The notes: generated by a model not told the origin, from the letters alone. DNA of 62,431 nucleotides, filler included, from Dugesia japonica (GCA_001938525.1; 6 parts of 6 records of this genome joined end to end with filler, not necessarily neighbours in it); one strand, 5' to 3'; positions 39,009 to 51,932 are shown, counted from the whole stretch's first letter. Numbers and translations are program-made.

Positions 39009-39371
39009 AAATATTTATTTTTTCTTGTTGTAAAAAAAATAAATGTCTTTTATTGAAATGAAATCTTTGTTATTTATTAAAACTAAGAATAAAAAGAATA
39101 AAATAACAACATTTAGTAATAAAATATTTGTAAGTAAATTAATTAATTAATAAATATTAATATAACTATTAATACATGTTTTTATTATTATTTTGACATG
39201 TTTTATTATCAAAAAATTGAAATTGACTTAAAAGACCACAACGTAATATATCTGCAATCTTTTAAATTAATTTGGCATTTTAAAATACACACATACTCAA
39301 ATTTGATTGGTNAGATTTGAAAACCTTGGTAAAAGTTATTATTATTCATCACAATTTCAAATTATTTTTAG

Positions 39372-40296
39372 AAAACCAGTCAACAATTCAAGAGAGCTTA
39401 AAGTAATTTATTATTAATAATAACATTATTAACTTTTATTTTTAGATTATTATGAATAATCATAAACAAAATCAAAGAAGGTTTATATCACGTATGAATA
39501 CCGTAAGATTGTTATTATATATTATTAATATATTAATTATGTAATTAGAAATTTGACATGGAGTTGAAGGATCTGGGATGTTTCACGTAAGTTTTTTTAT
39601 TATGTTTTTTAAATATTTTTTCATAAGTTAAATTTTATTAAATTTTAAAAACTATTATTAAGAACAAATATTCTATGTCGTGTTCTATGTGTGTTCCATG
39701 ATATAATATTATGAAGAAATGCTCTGTTTATTTAAATGAAAACGTTCTATTCTTTTATCATTTTTCTGAGAAAATTGCATCGCTAATATGCGTTTTATAA
39801 GGAAATTACATCACCAATATGTTTTATTTTGGAAATTTGCATCGCNNATATGTTTTCTATAGACAAATTGCAACGCTAATATGTTTTTTATAGAAGAATT
39901 GCATCGCTAATATGATTTTTAATGGAAAATTGTCTAACCAATGTTTTTTTATCGAAAAATGCCCTAGCTAATATGTTGATTTATAGAAAAAAATGTCCTA
40001 GCTAATATGTTCTTTATATAAAAGAAATATGCTTTTATCATTTTACTATGAAGTATCCTATGCTTTTATAAAGAAAAATGTTATTAAAATCACTATGTTA
40101 TTATTAAATTATTATTAAAATTGTAATTATATTATTAAATAATTTTAGAAAATTGTCAATTATACAACCATTGCGCAAGTGCGAGTCATAATGATGACTG
40201 CCATAGTATCATGGAAAGATACTATGTCCAACGGTTTTATGGAAAAAAATATTGTGTGTCGTAATTGTAAGGTATTAGGTTTAGGTGACTACTAAA
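39372..40296 (+). pseudogene. Multi-exon unknown accessory gene between protease and pPolB
   Basis: GT-AG introns at 39403-39445, 39503-39548 and 39587-40148. The frame stays open across all three junctions (..MNNHKQNQRRFISRMNT|KFDMELKDLGCFT|KLSIIQPLRKCES*) and is followed by a decayed Cys-containing tail. Confidence 0.55.
39771..40020 (+). repeat. Minisatellite of about 8 units of about 30-32 bp (AAATTGCATCGCTAATATGTTTT..)
   Basis: Tandem degenerate units without unique spacers, located in the predicted long intron. Confidence 0.85.
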
Positions 40297-40500
40297 TATT
40301 TTATAAGATACATAAGAAACACTTGTCATGTTCTAGTACAAGTAAAAAGAATATATTAAAATCAATATTAGAAAGGCAGATGAANNNNNNNNNNNNNNNN
40401 NNNNNNNNNNNNNNNNNNNNNNNNNNNNAAGAAATAACAGTTAAAGATGAACCTATTGAAATAATTGTTATTGAAGATGACATTAAAGAAATAACAATCA

Positions 40501-41593
40501 ATGGATGAACTTGCTGAAATAATTGAATATGTTGTTGAAGAAATCATCAATTTAGAACCGGAAGAAGAAACAGCAAATATTGTACAAGAAAAAGCAATCA
40601 ATATTAAATCTGAAATAATTGATGAACTCGATGAAGATATTGTGTTTCGTGAGTTCATGGATGCAGAAGCGGAAAATAATCCAGTTGGTGGATCACCAAA
40701 TTTAACTGTGGATGACGGAGTTATTATAGAATCGGATTTGTATCGTTGTGATAGGATTCTTAAAATAGATGTTTCAAGATGGAATCGTCGTGAAATAATG
40801 TTACCAGAAGCAATAGTTACCAAATTATTTCAGACAATAGAAGAAATGAAACAAGATAAAAATTTAATTTGGGGTGCATGTCGAATTTAAAAGGATAACA
40901 ACAACTACTGATGGTGAGGAAACGGAGTTTAAAACCTGTAGAATGTCAAATAGAGTCGTTGCATTAACTGATAACTTTTTTGAAGATGGAATCAACCAAT
41001 TGAATGAGAAAATAACAATAAGAAGCAAACTAGACTCCAGTTGGATGTTGACCCGAATACTGGAAATTAATTTTAAGATCACAAAGGTTGTAGATATTTG
41101 TCGACTTTCGAGAAAAAGTTATATTCCAACACAGAAAGATTTAATTAAGAAAAAGGCTATTGTAGACGTTAAGAACGATGAAAATTACTGTTTTATTTAC
41201 AGTATTCTTGCTATCACCAAAAAAGATCAAGTTGGAGAAAGGAATAGAATCCGTGTAACATTATATACAAAATACATGTCGGAGCTTATTTTTGATGAGG
41301 AGGATATGCTAATAAAACTGATTGATATACCAGAGTTTGATAGGAATAATCCAGGACTATCCATCAATGTCCTATCATTTAACCAACAATCAGTGGAGGA
41401 TAAAGATGAAGCAGTCATGAAACATCTGAATTTGGATATAATACACCGATCAAAAGTGATAGAGGGAGAAAAAATCTATCTTTTATTACTTGAAAATGAC
41501 AATAAATTTCATTACACCGCAGTAATGTTTCTAAATCATCTAATGAACCAGGATAATAAAGGCCAGGGTGTTCGTATTCAATCAACATGCTGT
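40501..41593 (+). pseudogene. Acidic leader plus N-terminal region of protein-primed DNA polymerase B, cut by the contig end
   Basis: SYIPT..LIKKKAIVDVKNDENYCFIYSIL, IPEFDRNNPGLSINVL and IYLLLLE....FHYTAV; a frameshift near 40875 separates two ORFs. Confidence 0.9.
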
Positions 41594-41693
41594 NNNNNNN
41601 NNNNNNNNNNNNNNNNNNNNNNNNNNNNNNNNNNNNNTTAATTAATTAANNNNNNNNNNNNNNNNNNNNNNNNNNNNNNNNNNNNNNNNNNNN
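41594..41693. other. Artificial contig linker
   Basis: 44N-TTAATTAATTAA-44N. Confidence 0.97.
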
Positions 41694-41715
41694 ATATATA
41701 TTTATGTTTAAAGTA

Positions 41716-41811
41716 CAGGGAAATTTATTTTAATATCGCGAATAACTATAAATTCTTTAACTCGCCATTTTTTAGATTTACGTTTATTGGCGAGTTATAT
41801 AGAATTTACTG
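41716..41811. mobile_element. Tc1/pogo-type MITE of about 96 bp
   Basis: TA-CAG...CTG-TA ends and an internal inverted pair AAATTCTTTAACTCGCCA / TGGCGAGTTATATAGAATTT. Confidence 0.55.
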
Positions 41812-43700
41812 TACATATATATTTCAATATTTTTTTTCTATCTAATATTGAAACAAATGGATCAGAAAAATGATTCTGTTTTAAGAACCATTTATTAATC
41901 AGTTGAATTATAAATAGTTAGGACGGACCTCCAAAAGATGTATTTAGATATTTATAAGGTAATCAAAAAACAAAATACCATATTATAATTTGAACAAATA
42001 TTACATGAAACTTTTGTAATAATTATTAAAAATACGAAATTATTTAACGTACAACAATCCCAATATAATATATGATATATATCATTGATCACATTGATTA
42101 ATCAAAACTAAAAAATAATATGGGTACTATCGGTTAACTCGTTAGAATCAACTAAGAATTCATTAATTCGCAAAGATAATTTAGATAAAATAATTTGATT
42201 AAAATAACAGAAAGACACTGAGAACATTTCGTTTTATTTACGATCTCATTTTTAGAAGAAATCTTCGATAATGAAAATCGAAAGGTAAATCAATTTGATA
42301 AATCAGTAATTTAATAAAGTGTCTTTGTAAAGAAAAAAGGTAGCAATGAAAAAATAGAAATTAACTTTGTAAAACTTATCTAAAATATTTTCTATAATTA
42401 ATAACAATACCTAAAAAATATTGAAACGCAACAGTTTATGATGCAAAATTAGTAATTAGATTATATTTAAAAAATAGAATAAAATTGTAATTAATCTCTG
42501 GGTAAAGTTCAAAAACTAAAAAATAATCAATTTAAATCACGTGTTACGTACGCCACTTGAGTATTTAATGAGAAACGAGAGTTGCAATTTAATAATTTAA
42601 GAATCGAAAAGAATTAATAATCCATTTTAAATACTATATTTAAAATAATAACAGCTTGACGAAACAAGCAAAAGTAAAATTTTAAACATTTAAATGAATG
42701 CATTTAGATTATTTTATTTCATATCAGTATTTTCAATTTGATTGTTTGTTGAAAATCTTTTACAATGCGCAAGACATAACAATAACATTGAAAGATAAAA
42801 AAGCACTTTAAGATACACAGAAATTTAATGTGAATAAATTTCATTTTTAAGAGATCAATTAAAGAACCTGTGTTGATCTCTTCAAATTTCAATTTAGATT
42901 GACATGAGATATTAAATCGTTAGAAATCCCCATAGTTACGTGTGCAACTATGCTTTTAATTCTTATTTTATTTATATAGAAATTATTTTGCGCATATTAG
43001 TTTATAAGTCGAACTTTTAAAATCAGATTTTCAATTCCAAGAAAAATCTATTCAATAATTGTAGTATTAAATAAATTGATTCTCACTACGAAATTGTTCT
43101 TGCTAATAGTCATCATGTAAAATAGTTTGTATTATCAATCCAAAGAAACCAGGTATTTCCATAAAACACCATAATGCATTGACATGTAAATAGATTGACA
43201 GTAATTATTTGAAAAATAAGTCGTTCTCTAATCTTTAAACAAAAAATTGTATGGACCATTTTCAGGGAATTAGAAAAATTAATTTAATAGTAAAAACGAT
43301 TTGTTTTATTTTTTTAAAATTGATAATTTAAACAAATTTTCCATTCGAGAAAATATTTTTTGTTAAATTTCAATAAGAAATTGACAGGAAAAATCTTAAT
43401 GATTGATTACACTCCGATTGGTGAATCCAGAACAAAAGAAAAAAATTATAATATTTTCAGATTATATTTATATCAAAAATTAATAAAAAAGTAGAATTTT
43501 TAATTAACAGTATTTTAATTTAATGTGACAATAATTTTGTGACAATATTTTAATTTACATATTAGAATATGTAAATTCTTCCACTATTATTTACAAATTA
43601 ATTGTATAAACAAAAGATATTGATTTTATTGCTCACAATCAAAATTACAACTTTACAAAACGACCATTATATAAACTTAGTCGGGAAGTTTATTGTATCG

Positions 43701-43985
43701 CAGTGGTTTCCAAACATTTTTGGTTCGCCGTGCTCTTACTATAACAATTTTTTCACGGCGCTCGAAATCATAATATTGATTTCTTATTTTCTAAGTTTTT
43801 AATTTATGGGTTTATATATCTTTCCCAGTTATTTATTTTTCGTTTAGAGTTTGATGTAACAACAAATTGCGAAAATAGGTCAGTGAATTTCTTTTGTCAT
43901 TTGGATTTGCTACTTTTATAGTAGATGTATAATATTGGAAAATTCTCGCGGCGCCAATGTCACACAACTCAAGCGCACTAGATTT
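43701..43985. mobile_element. hAT (Charlie-like) non-autonomous fragment
   Basis: Starts CAGTGGTTTCCAAAC and has CGGCGC-rich subterminal motifs. Confidence 0.45.
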
Positions 43986-45056
43986 AAGATTGGTTTTAAT
44001 TTTCCAAAATTGTGCGGCCTACAACGACAAAATATATTTGCCTTTTACAGATTTAGTGGTCATTTGAACGAAAAATGTTGTATATAACTGGAGAAGAAAA
44101 TCTCCAATTTTAATTTTGGTTTCTAGGCATTACCTTCTATCACATTTATTTTTCAAATTGTTTTTGCCATAACAAAATTAAAAAATATACTCCTTCAAAT
44201 TCGATTTCTAACAGAAATAATTACAGAAATTAAAAATATTTCATTTGTTTAAGTATTAAACTTTGCGATTAAATTCAATTTTCCAAGAGAATCTGTATTA
44301 AAAGCTTCTACAGATTGAATGAAAATTCCATTGTAATAGAATTTATGTGAAACTGCCACATTATAGAAAGTTAGAAATTGTAACAAAAAATCTGTAGTAT
44401 ATTTTGATTATTGATTTATATTTCTAAAAATTATATTGCAACGGAAAAACAGAGCAATCATTGTAGAGAAAAATATTTTTTAACATTAATAAATTGACAG
44501 TAATTAATGTTAATTTATAGAAACAAACCTATTTTTATTTTATTGAACTAACTTAATATTTGTAACTTCCAAACACGAAAATATTTAAATATAAAAAATA
44601 AACTATATTAAATTCATAGTAAATCTAAAAAAATATTTTAAAAATACTTGAATATTTAATGTAACAAGCGTTGTTTCCTTAAAAGTTCAATTAACAAGAG
44701 AATTTATTATATTTAATTTATTAAAAATTACAATTTAGACAATTTAATATTTATCAAATGTCATTTTTCAAAATGGGAAGATCAAAATTGTTTTCTCCTT
44801 TAATTATTTCATTAGATTGTTCAATATTTCGATAAANTTTTCATCAATAACTCTTTAATATCAAAACAAAATAAATTTCAAATAAAAAACTTAGAGAAAA
44901 ATTTTCAAATATTAATCATAAAATACTAAAATATATTTTTACTTTTTATTAAAAATATGTAAATTTGTTTCGTATTTTAATTATATTATATATATTTTAA
45001 TTTTCATTTAATAAAATTGTTAGTAATTTAAGTAATTCAGTTTTAAGTAAAACAAA

Positions 45057-46996
45057 TACATTTCTCAAAAGTAGTGAAATTGGTTCAATAAAACAAAACA
45101 ACAATGAAACGAACACAAATACATGTATTTTTATATTCTTCAAAATATTCAACTTCAGATAATGCGCATTTCTCCTCATCTTTTGATCAATGATTATAAA
45201 CTGTCAGCATACTGAATCTGGATGACAGATTTTAGTATTCTGATGATAGTGCTTTCAATTTATTCTACCGATGATAATTGAGTTCCCCTTGTCGGTTTAT
45301 CAGGATAGTAAACCAAATGAAGTTACATGGCGACAAATCCGGTAAGTACGAAGGCAAGTCTGTAATGCTTTTCTGATAAGGCGTAACGGATAGACAACAT
45401 AGTATACGATCAAGCATTGTCGTGCAATAATCCAAAATCTCTAGTAGTTCGCAGATAATTTCTTTTCTTCCTCATCTTTTCAAAGATATACCTTAGTACA
45501 TCGAAGTAAACATGGAATAAATTCATTATGGATAAAACCCTTGAAATTAAAGAAAGTTATCAACATCCATTTGACTTTTGATTTGGACATCCTTGTAGTC
45601 TTTTTGACGTGTAAAATGTTTTCTCGCCTTTCGAGACTTTGCCTTTTTGTTTAAGGTTCATAGTCTCATTGCCTATGACAATACTTTCAATGAACAAGTT
45701 GTCATTAACGAAGCATCTAATGAAGTTTTTACAGTTAAATTTGTGTAATTCTTTCTGTTCATCACTGAGAATTTTTGAAACAAACCTAGCTACAATGCTT
45801 TCTTTTTCCGAAATTGACCGTCAGTATCTCCATATGCAAACAAATTTTATGATTTTTAGAAAAATAATGGAAAACATGGAAATTAGAGTGCTTTACAAGT
45901 TTCTTGGAATAAATACCTTACCACGAGAGCCGTAGTCAAAGAAACACACGCTGTCGAAGACGGGGGATATATCTCAAAATTACTGCGGTAAAGTGATAAA
46001 GAGGTTTTTCAGAAGGAGGCACAAGTCTGGATGACCTGTTAAGGTCCAGCAGGCCAACACTGTTGGATTATGAAGCCGTCAATCAAAATCTAAAAACTAG
46101 CACTCGCAGATTATCAGATGAATTTGGGGATTCACAATAAACCATTACTCACCAAATACATAAAACAGGGAGGGTCAACAAACGATCTCGAGAAATTCCT
46201 CATTCTCAAGCAGAACAACGCATCAAGATTTTCTGTGTATTGCTAAAGAATCCAACGGATGATCATTGGATCAAACGATTGATATCTGGTGATAAGAAGT
46301 GGATTTACTTTTCTAATACCAACAAGGGAAATCCAGTCAACTCGCTGAATTTATCGCCAAATGAGATCGATTCTTCAGGAAAGCGCTGCTCTGTGTTTGG
46401 TGGAATTACAAAAATGTGATCTATTTCGAACTCCTTTAAAATAACGGGGCAATCGACGCTGAAATCTATTACGCCCAACTCGAGAAAATGCATGCTGCTT
46501 TGTCGTTAAAATACCCGGCTTTGGTCAATCGAAAGCGAGTACTCCTTCAACAGGACAATACAACACCGCGTATATCAGCAATAACCAAACGAAAATTTCA
46601 TGAGTTTAATTCCATTAAACTTCTTTCACATCCTGTTTAATAACCAGACTTGATCCCATCTGATTTTTATCTATTCAGATCTATGGTATATTTCTTTTGT
46701 GAATATATAAAACGTGGAAATCGAGTGTCACAAATTTTTTTAGTCTAAAGAAAATTGATGCTGTCATCGTGGGATTGAGGAACTTGCACAACGTTGGATT
46801 CAATGTATTGAACATAATGGCGTTTATTTTGAAATATAATCTTTTTTAGTTGTCGAGTTAAAAGTTTTGATAATAGTTTTGATTAAATGTGCCCGCGAAC
46901 TTGTGATTCACCCTAATAATTATACCAAACATCTTACGATATATAGCATTTTAAACAAGTATTTAGACCACCACACTACTTTTGAGACACACCTTG
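45057..46996 (-). mobile_element. Outer mariner-type element, decayed, hosting a nested mariner
   Basis: Inverted repeat TCTCAAAAGTAGTG (45063-45076) / CACTACTTTTGAGA (46974-46987). A minus-strand DLPSYLPDLSPCNF near 45320-45360 resembles HPPYSPDLAPCDF. Confidence 0.65.
45640..46916 (+). mobile_element. mariner (DD34D) element with near full-length transposase pseudogene at 45867-46840
   Basis: LISGDKKWIYFSN, KALLCVWWNYKNVIYFELL, LVNRKRVLLQQDNTTP and HPV**PDLIPSDFYLFRSM; the right end reads GAACTTGTGATTCACCCTAA-TA. Confidence 0.92.
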
Positions 46997-48379
46997 TACA
47001 TTTAAATAAACACAGTTTACAATATTATAAAACACAATATTATTAAACACAGTTGACTTTTATAATATTTAAAGAAGAGAATTTAAATAAATAAAATTCT
47101 ATTTGGAAACTAATCGATTAAATAAGATTGATTTATTATGAGAATTAAAATAATTTATAGTTCATTGTAAATAATTATAAAACTGTACATAATAAATAAA
47201 TTTTAAATCTTTTTTACTTTTAAATAAAAAATATATAATTAAATTTGTTTAAAGTTATATTAAGAAATAATAATCTTTAACTAAATAATACTTCAAAAAC
47301 TGGAATTAAAAATATATTTGTCACATATTTCCATTTTGTTATACTCTGTTGGACAATCGGAATAAGGTCATTTTAAAGTAAACTATCTAATTATTAGTTT
47401 TTACTCTTAAATAAGTACATAGTTAGATTTCAAGAATTGGTAAAAAGGAAAAATAATAATATTGATCGATTTTCAGATTTCATTAAAATAAAAGCTTTGA
47501 TCAATACTAAGTCGAAAATTCGAAATATTATCAAAAACTGAAAAAAATTTGATCGAAACTATATATTCATAATATTATACTCATTATCAACATAACAAAA
47601 CTGATAAACCAATTCAATTGCTACAAAATTAAATAGTTGAACTTCTCAACAATAACTTCCATTATCAATAAATCTGCCAGAAATTTTGCGATGATGATAT
47701 TAAATTACTATCCAATATTGGCAATATGAAAAATAATTTCACAGAATCAATTAAAATCTGATTTAAAATAAAAGAATTTTTTTCATTGGAATTGTATGGT
47801 TTAAAAATTAATGCTTTAATAAAGTATTAACAGAGAGCCGAATAATTTTTCAGAATATTGAAAACCTTTGTTTGTGCAAATATTAATTAAAAAATAAAAC
47901 ATTTAAAATGGATATTGTTTAAATAAAATATTGATTTTGTTAAATTTAAGAAAATTTCATGAAAGACAAGTAAAATTTAAGTAATAACGAACAATGGTAG
48001 TTAAAACTTTAACTAATTCCTTTAAAATAATACTTAATCCTAGTTTAGTTTAGTTTATCCAAGATTTATAACTTAATTTTACAAAGTATTCCACGAAATA
48101 TATTGAAAAATAAAACTGAATAAATTTTAGAAATTTCTAACGTTATCTGCTTTTGAACTAGGAAAAAATTACTCTTTTTAATTACCAATCATTTTCTGTC
48201 ATTTTTGAATAGTATCTTTAAATGAATTAGTAATAAATCAAACAAATTTTCTAAAAGCTATATGCAAATTTTTATTTATTATGGGACACAATATTTGTGT
48301 AGAATATTAAGTATGTATTCATTTCTCGCCGGAAAATTATCTTTTTCAAATTAAATTATTGGGTATTTTTAAATTTTTA

Positions 48380-48970
48380 TAATATTTGTAACCACAGCTG
48401 ACAAGATGAGAAACACTGATATTTTGGTCATATGACTGGTGATACTGAAATAATTGGTTTCTTTAAAATCATAACAAACAAAATTGTTGATTTAAGAGTG
48501 TTTAAAAAATCTTATTGACACTACAAAGAACCAAAATAGATAGGAGTGTTCCTGATTACTAAGGTAAAATTTTCTAGTTTACGAATTTATTAGATGACTG
48601 ATAGGCTATTAAGCCGTTTTAGATATTGAAATGACAGGCTATACTGAAAAATCATGTTTGGAGTGGTATACGTATCATAAATGGGATATCTTAAAGGAGA
48701 TGGATTTTCAAATATTAGATTTCCAATGTACTCCTGGAAAATCCTGTCTCTAAATCAGAAGTTGGCAACCTACAACACGCTTGCCATACTTGACACCCCA
48801 AGAAATTATAAATGACACACAGAAGCACATTTAAAATTTAAATATCAATAATTTGATTATGTTTGAAACCAAATTTAGGACCATGAAAGAAGCGTATTAA
48901 TATGATAAACTTGGGGTGAAAATATCCTAAAATAATATATCGGTGGATAAATCATTTGTACATAACTTGA
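48380..48970 (+). mobile_element. Possible piggyBac-like transposase remnant
   Basis: A coding-like patch ending in NISVDKSFV, which resembles the piggyBac S(V/I)DESMV first catalytic Asp. The rest is very decayed. Confidence 0.3.
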
Positions 48971-49885
48971 TCGAATGAAGTTAACTACAAATTAATATAT
49001 ATTTAACTTATATTTAACTTAAATTTCTCATTAAAAGTCTGAAGGAAAATATCTTTTAATTTCAAAATAATAATTAGTCCATCATTATCTAAACCGAAAT
49101 GAAATCAATTAGTTGGATTAAATATTTCATTATATTTTTGTTATTACTAAATTCTGTTTTCAGAGTTGTTTACACAATATAAATAGAAAATTGTTTTCAT
49201 AAAAATGAGAGAAAAAAATCAGCCATATATATTATAATTAAATTATTTGAAATAATATAAACTTAAGAATTTACCTCGAGCATCCGTCTTTCAAATTTTT
49301 CTCGATCTCTAATGTCTTTCTGAAATTACAAATTATATATTACATGGCTTTTTAAAGTTTTGAATCTGAAAATCATAGTTCATTAATTCAATTATGAATA
49401 GAAACTTATTTATAAAATAACTAATTGGAAAACTTTAAAACTACAAATTAGAAGATTAAAGTTATGTTTAAAATTTAGATTTCGCCTAACAAAATTATAA
49501 CCTGAAGAATAAATAGAGAAAAATAATGTATTAATTCAAATAATAAATAACAAATGAACATAACTTTTTCTTTAGAAGGTTTGCTTTAACCATATTTAGC
49601 GCAAAGACAGCAGAATATAAGAAAGGCATTTTGCAACATCTTTCTAGTAATATCTTTAGCTCAGTGTTTAATAAATGTTTTAATTTTCAATGATTTTAGA
49701 GTTTTAATCATTGCAAACAATATTCTGTTCTAGAAATTTATCACAAAACAGTTAATAAGATATGTCGGTTCAAGTCAAAGCTTGATCTTATATTATCTTT
49801 TCAAAAAATTGTAATCATATTTTTCGATTGTAGTTATTTCTTAAATATAATGTAGAATACATCATCTTAATAATTTAATTATTAA

Positions 49886-49888
<3 letters not shown>

Positions 49889-49936
<48 letters not shown>
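49889..49936. repeat. (TTA)n microsatellite at contig end
   Basis: Pure triplet run. Confidence 0.9.
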
Positions 49937-50036
49937 NNNNNNNNNNNNNNNNNNNNNNNNNNNNNNNNNNNNNNNNNNNNTTAATTAATTAANNNNNNNN
50001 NNNNNNNNNNNNNNNNNNNNNNNNNNNNNNNNNNNN
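49937..50036. other. Artificial contig linker
   Basis: 44N-TTAATTAATTAA-44N. Confidence 0.97.
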
Positions 50037-51542
50037 TAATATATCGATTAATGCTTTCGTTGATTGATTTAAGCTGAAACTATTTTCTATTAAAAATGTC
50101 CAATCATATTTCATATAAAAATCTTCGAATTGATTTTTTATTTGGAAAATTTCTCTAATATCATTTTTACAATCCGATGCACTCATGTAATCAAAATCAG
50201 GATTTTCGTAATACAATTCAAAATAAAGTAGAAAATTACAAATTATGTCACAAATTTCTTCAAAGTAATTTGAAGTCCAATTCAAAATTACAATAATTTC
50301 ATCAGTATTTCTATAATTAAACAATAAAAATCTTTCAGTGAAAAATTTAAATGCATAAAATTTTAATTTAATTAAACAGAATTCTTTTCCCAAATTTGAA
50401 ATTGAAGAAGCCCAATTAAAATCCCCGAATTCAGTTTGATCATGATCACTTTCTTTTTTCGATTTCACTCGATAACAGAAAATTAGCAGTTTTACAAAGC
50501 TAAACAAAAACTCTTGATTATAAACAATCTTATCAATTAGATTTATTATATCATACAATAAATCACTAAGATTTTTATAAACAATATTTTTACAATTTCC
50601 AAATAAATAATCATTGGTTAAATTGATTTGTTTTTCTGAATTATGATTGCTACAAATTTCAATATTTACTTCTTCACTTCTTTTAGAATCTAATGGGCAG
50701 TTACCATGGAAAACCATGTATNNNNNNNNNNNNNNNNNNNNNNNNTTATGATTACAAGTTGTAAATTTTCCACTAATTTCTTTATCTACCGAATGTAAAC
50801 AAATCAAACATTGATCAATGTTTTTCAATTTATTATTCGTAATAAGAGCTTTATAAATTGAACGATTATTAATGGTATAGCAAATCATATATGCATTTAA
50901 TAATGGGAAAACTTTTCTTCTTATTTGATATTTGAGTTGGATTTTATCTTTGTCTTCTTTTAACCATAAATCCGAATCTAGATTGATATCATTTAATTCG
51001 AGAAAATGGTTCAATTCATTAATATTTTTATGAAACATTTGATAATTTTGTGCGTTTAATAAAAACATAGACGTTTTGACAAAGTGAAATAGTTTTTTAA
51101 AAATGCTAAACGGTTTGATTGCAAACTTCGAATTGGTTTCTTTGAATAAACGGATAAGTTTCAATAATTTTTTTTCTTCGTTTTTCTTTGTTAATTTCTT
51201 AAGAATTTTGTAATTTTCCGATAAAAATAATTGAGAATTATTGAAATTTCCAATTGATATGAAAAGATATTCCAACCAATCTCTATCAATTTTATTGATG
51301 ACTACTTTCTGACAATTTGACCAGTTTTCACATTGAAATTCAAAAACTGATTTTGTTACTTGTCGTTCAATTGAAAATTCATTGACAATTTCGATTTTCT
51401 CGAAATCAACTGGACATTTTTGATCGTTTGAAAACATGTTATTACAAATACAATTAAAACAAAACACATGATTACATTTGTTTACTGTTAAGTAGTTTTC
51501 ATTAATTAAAGTATCAAAGCACATAATACAAACGCGTTCCAT
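50037..51542 (-). CDS. Intronless protein of at least 500 aa with two RING-finger domains (putative E3 ligase); 3' end truncated
   Basis: CIMC..CNHVFCFNC..CPVD at the N terminus and CLIC..CNH[gap]..CPLD near residue 245, in a 1.5-kb frame with no stops. Confidence 0.85.
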
Positions 51543-51932
51543 TTTTAATATTGATTTTGTTGAAATTAAAACAATTTTTTGAAAAATAAAATTAACGAAA
51601 AATATGAATGGAATTTTAATTTTATTTTTTTCTAAAAATAATTTTTTATTAAAACAACAAAAATTTTTATGTTCATTTAAAATTGTGAAAGTATTAGAAA
51701 AAANNNNNNNNNNNNNNNNNNNNNNNNNNNNNNNNNNNNNNNNNNNNNNNNNNNNNNNNNNNNNNNNNNNNNNNNNNNNNNNNNNNNNNNNNNNNNNNNN
51801 NNNNNNNNNNNNNNNNNNNNNNNNNNNNNNNNNNNNNNNNNNNNNNNNNNNNNNNNNNNNNNNNNNNNNNNNNNNNNNNNNNNNNNNNNNNNNNNNNNNN
51901 NNNNNNNNNNNNNNNNNNNNNNNNNNNNNNNN

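Larger units (their letters stand above)
31944..41593 (+). mobile_element. Endogenous Polinton/Maverick (adintovirus-type) element, left end to mid-pPolB, mostly pseudogenised
   Basis: Terminus AGAAGTGGGATAGTAGCGCACAAGCAC and a G/T-skewed terminal region, followed by co-oriented ATPase, integrase, minor and major capsid, cysteine protease and pPolB genes. Confidence 0.93.

Noticed and set aside
39771-40020. CRISPR-like repeat array
   Set aside because: The units are contiguous and degenerate with no unique spacers, there are no cas genes, and the context is eukaryotic.
40368-40823. 151-aa Ser/Ile-rich minus-strand ORF, and similar antisense ORFs elsewhere
   Set aside because: It is the shadow frame of the acidic plus-strand ORF.
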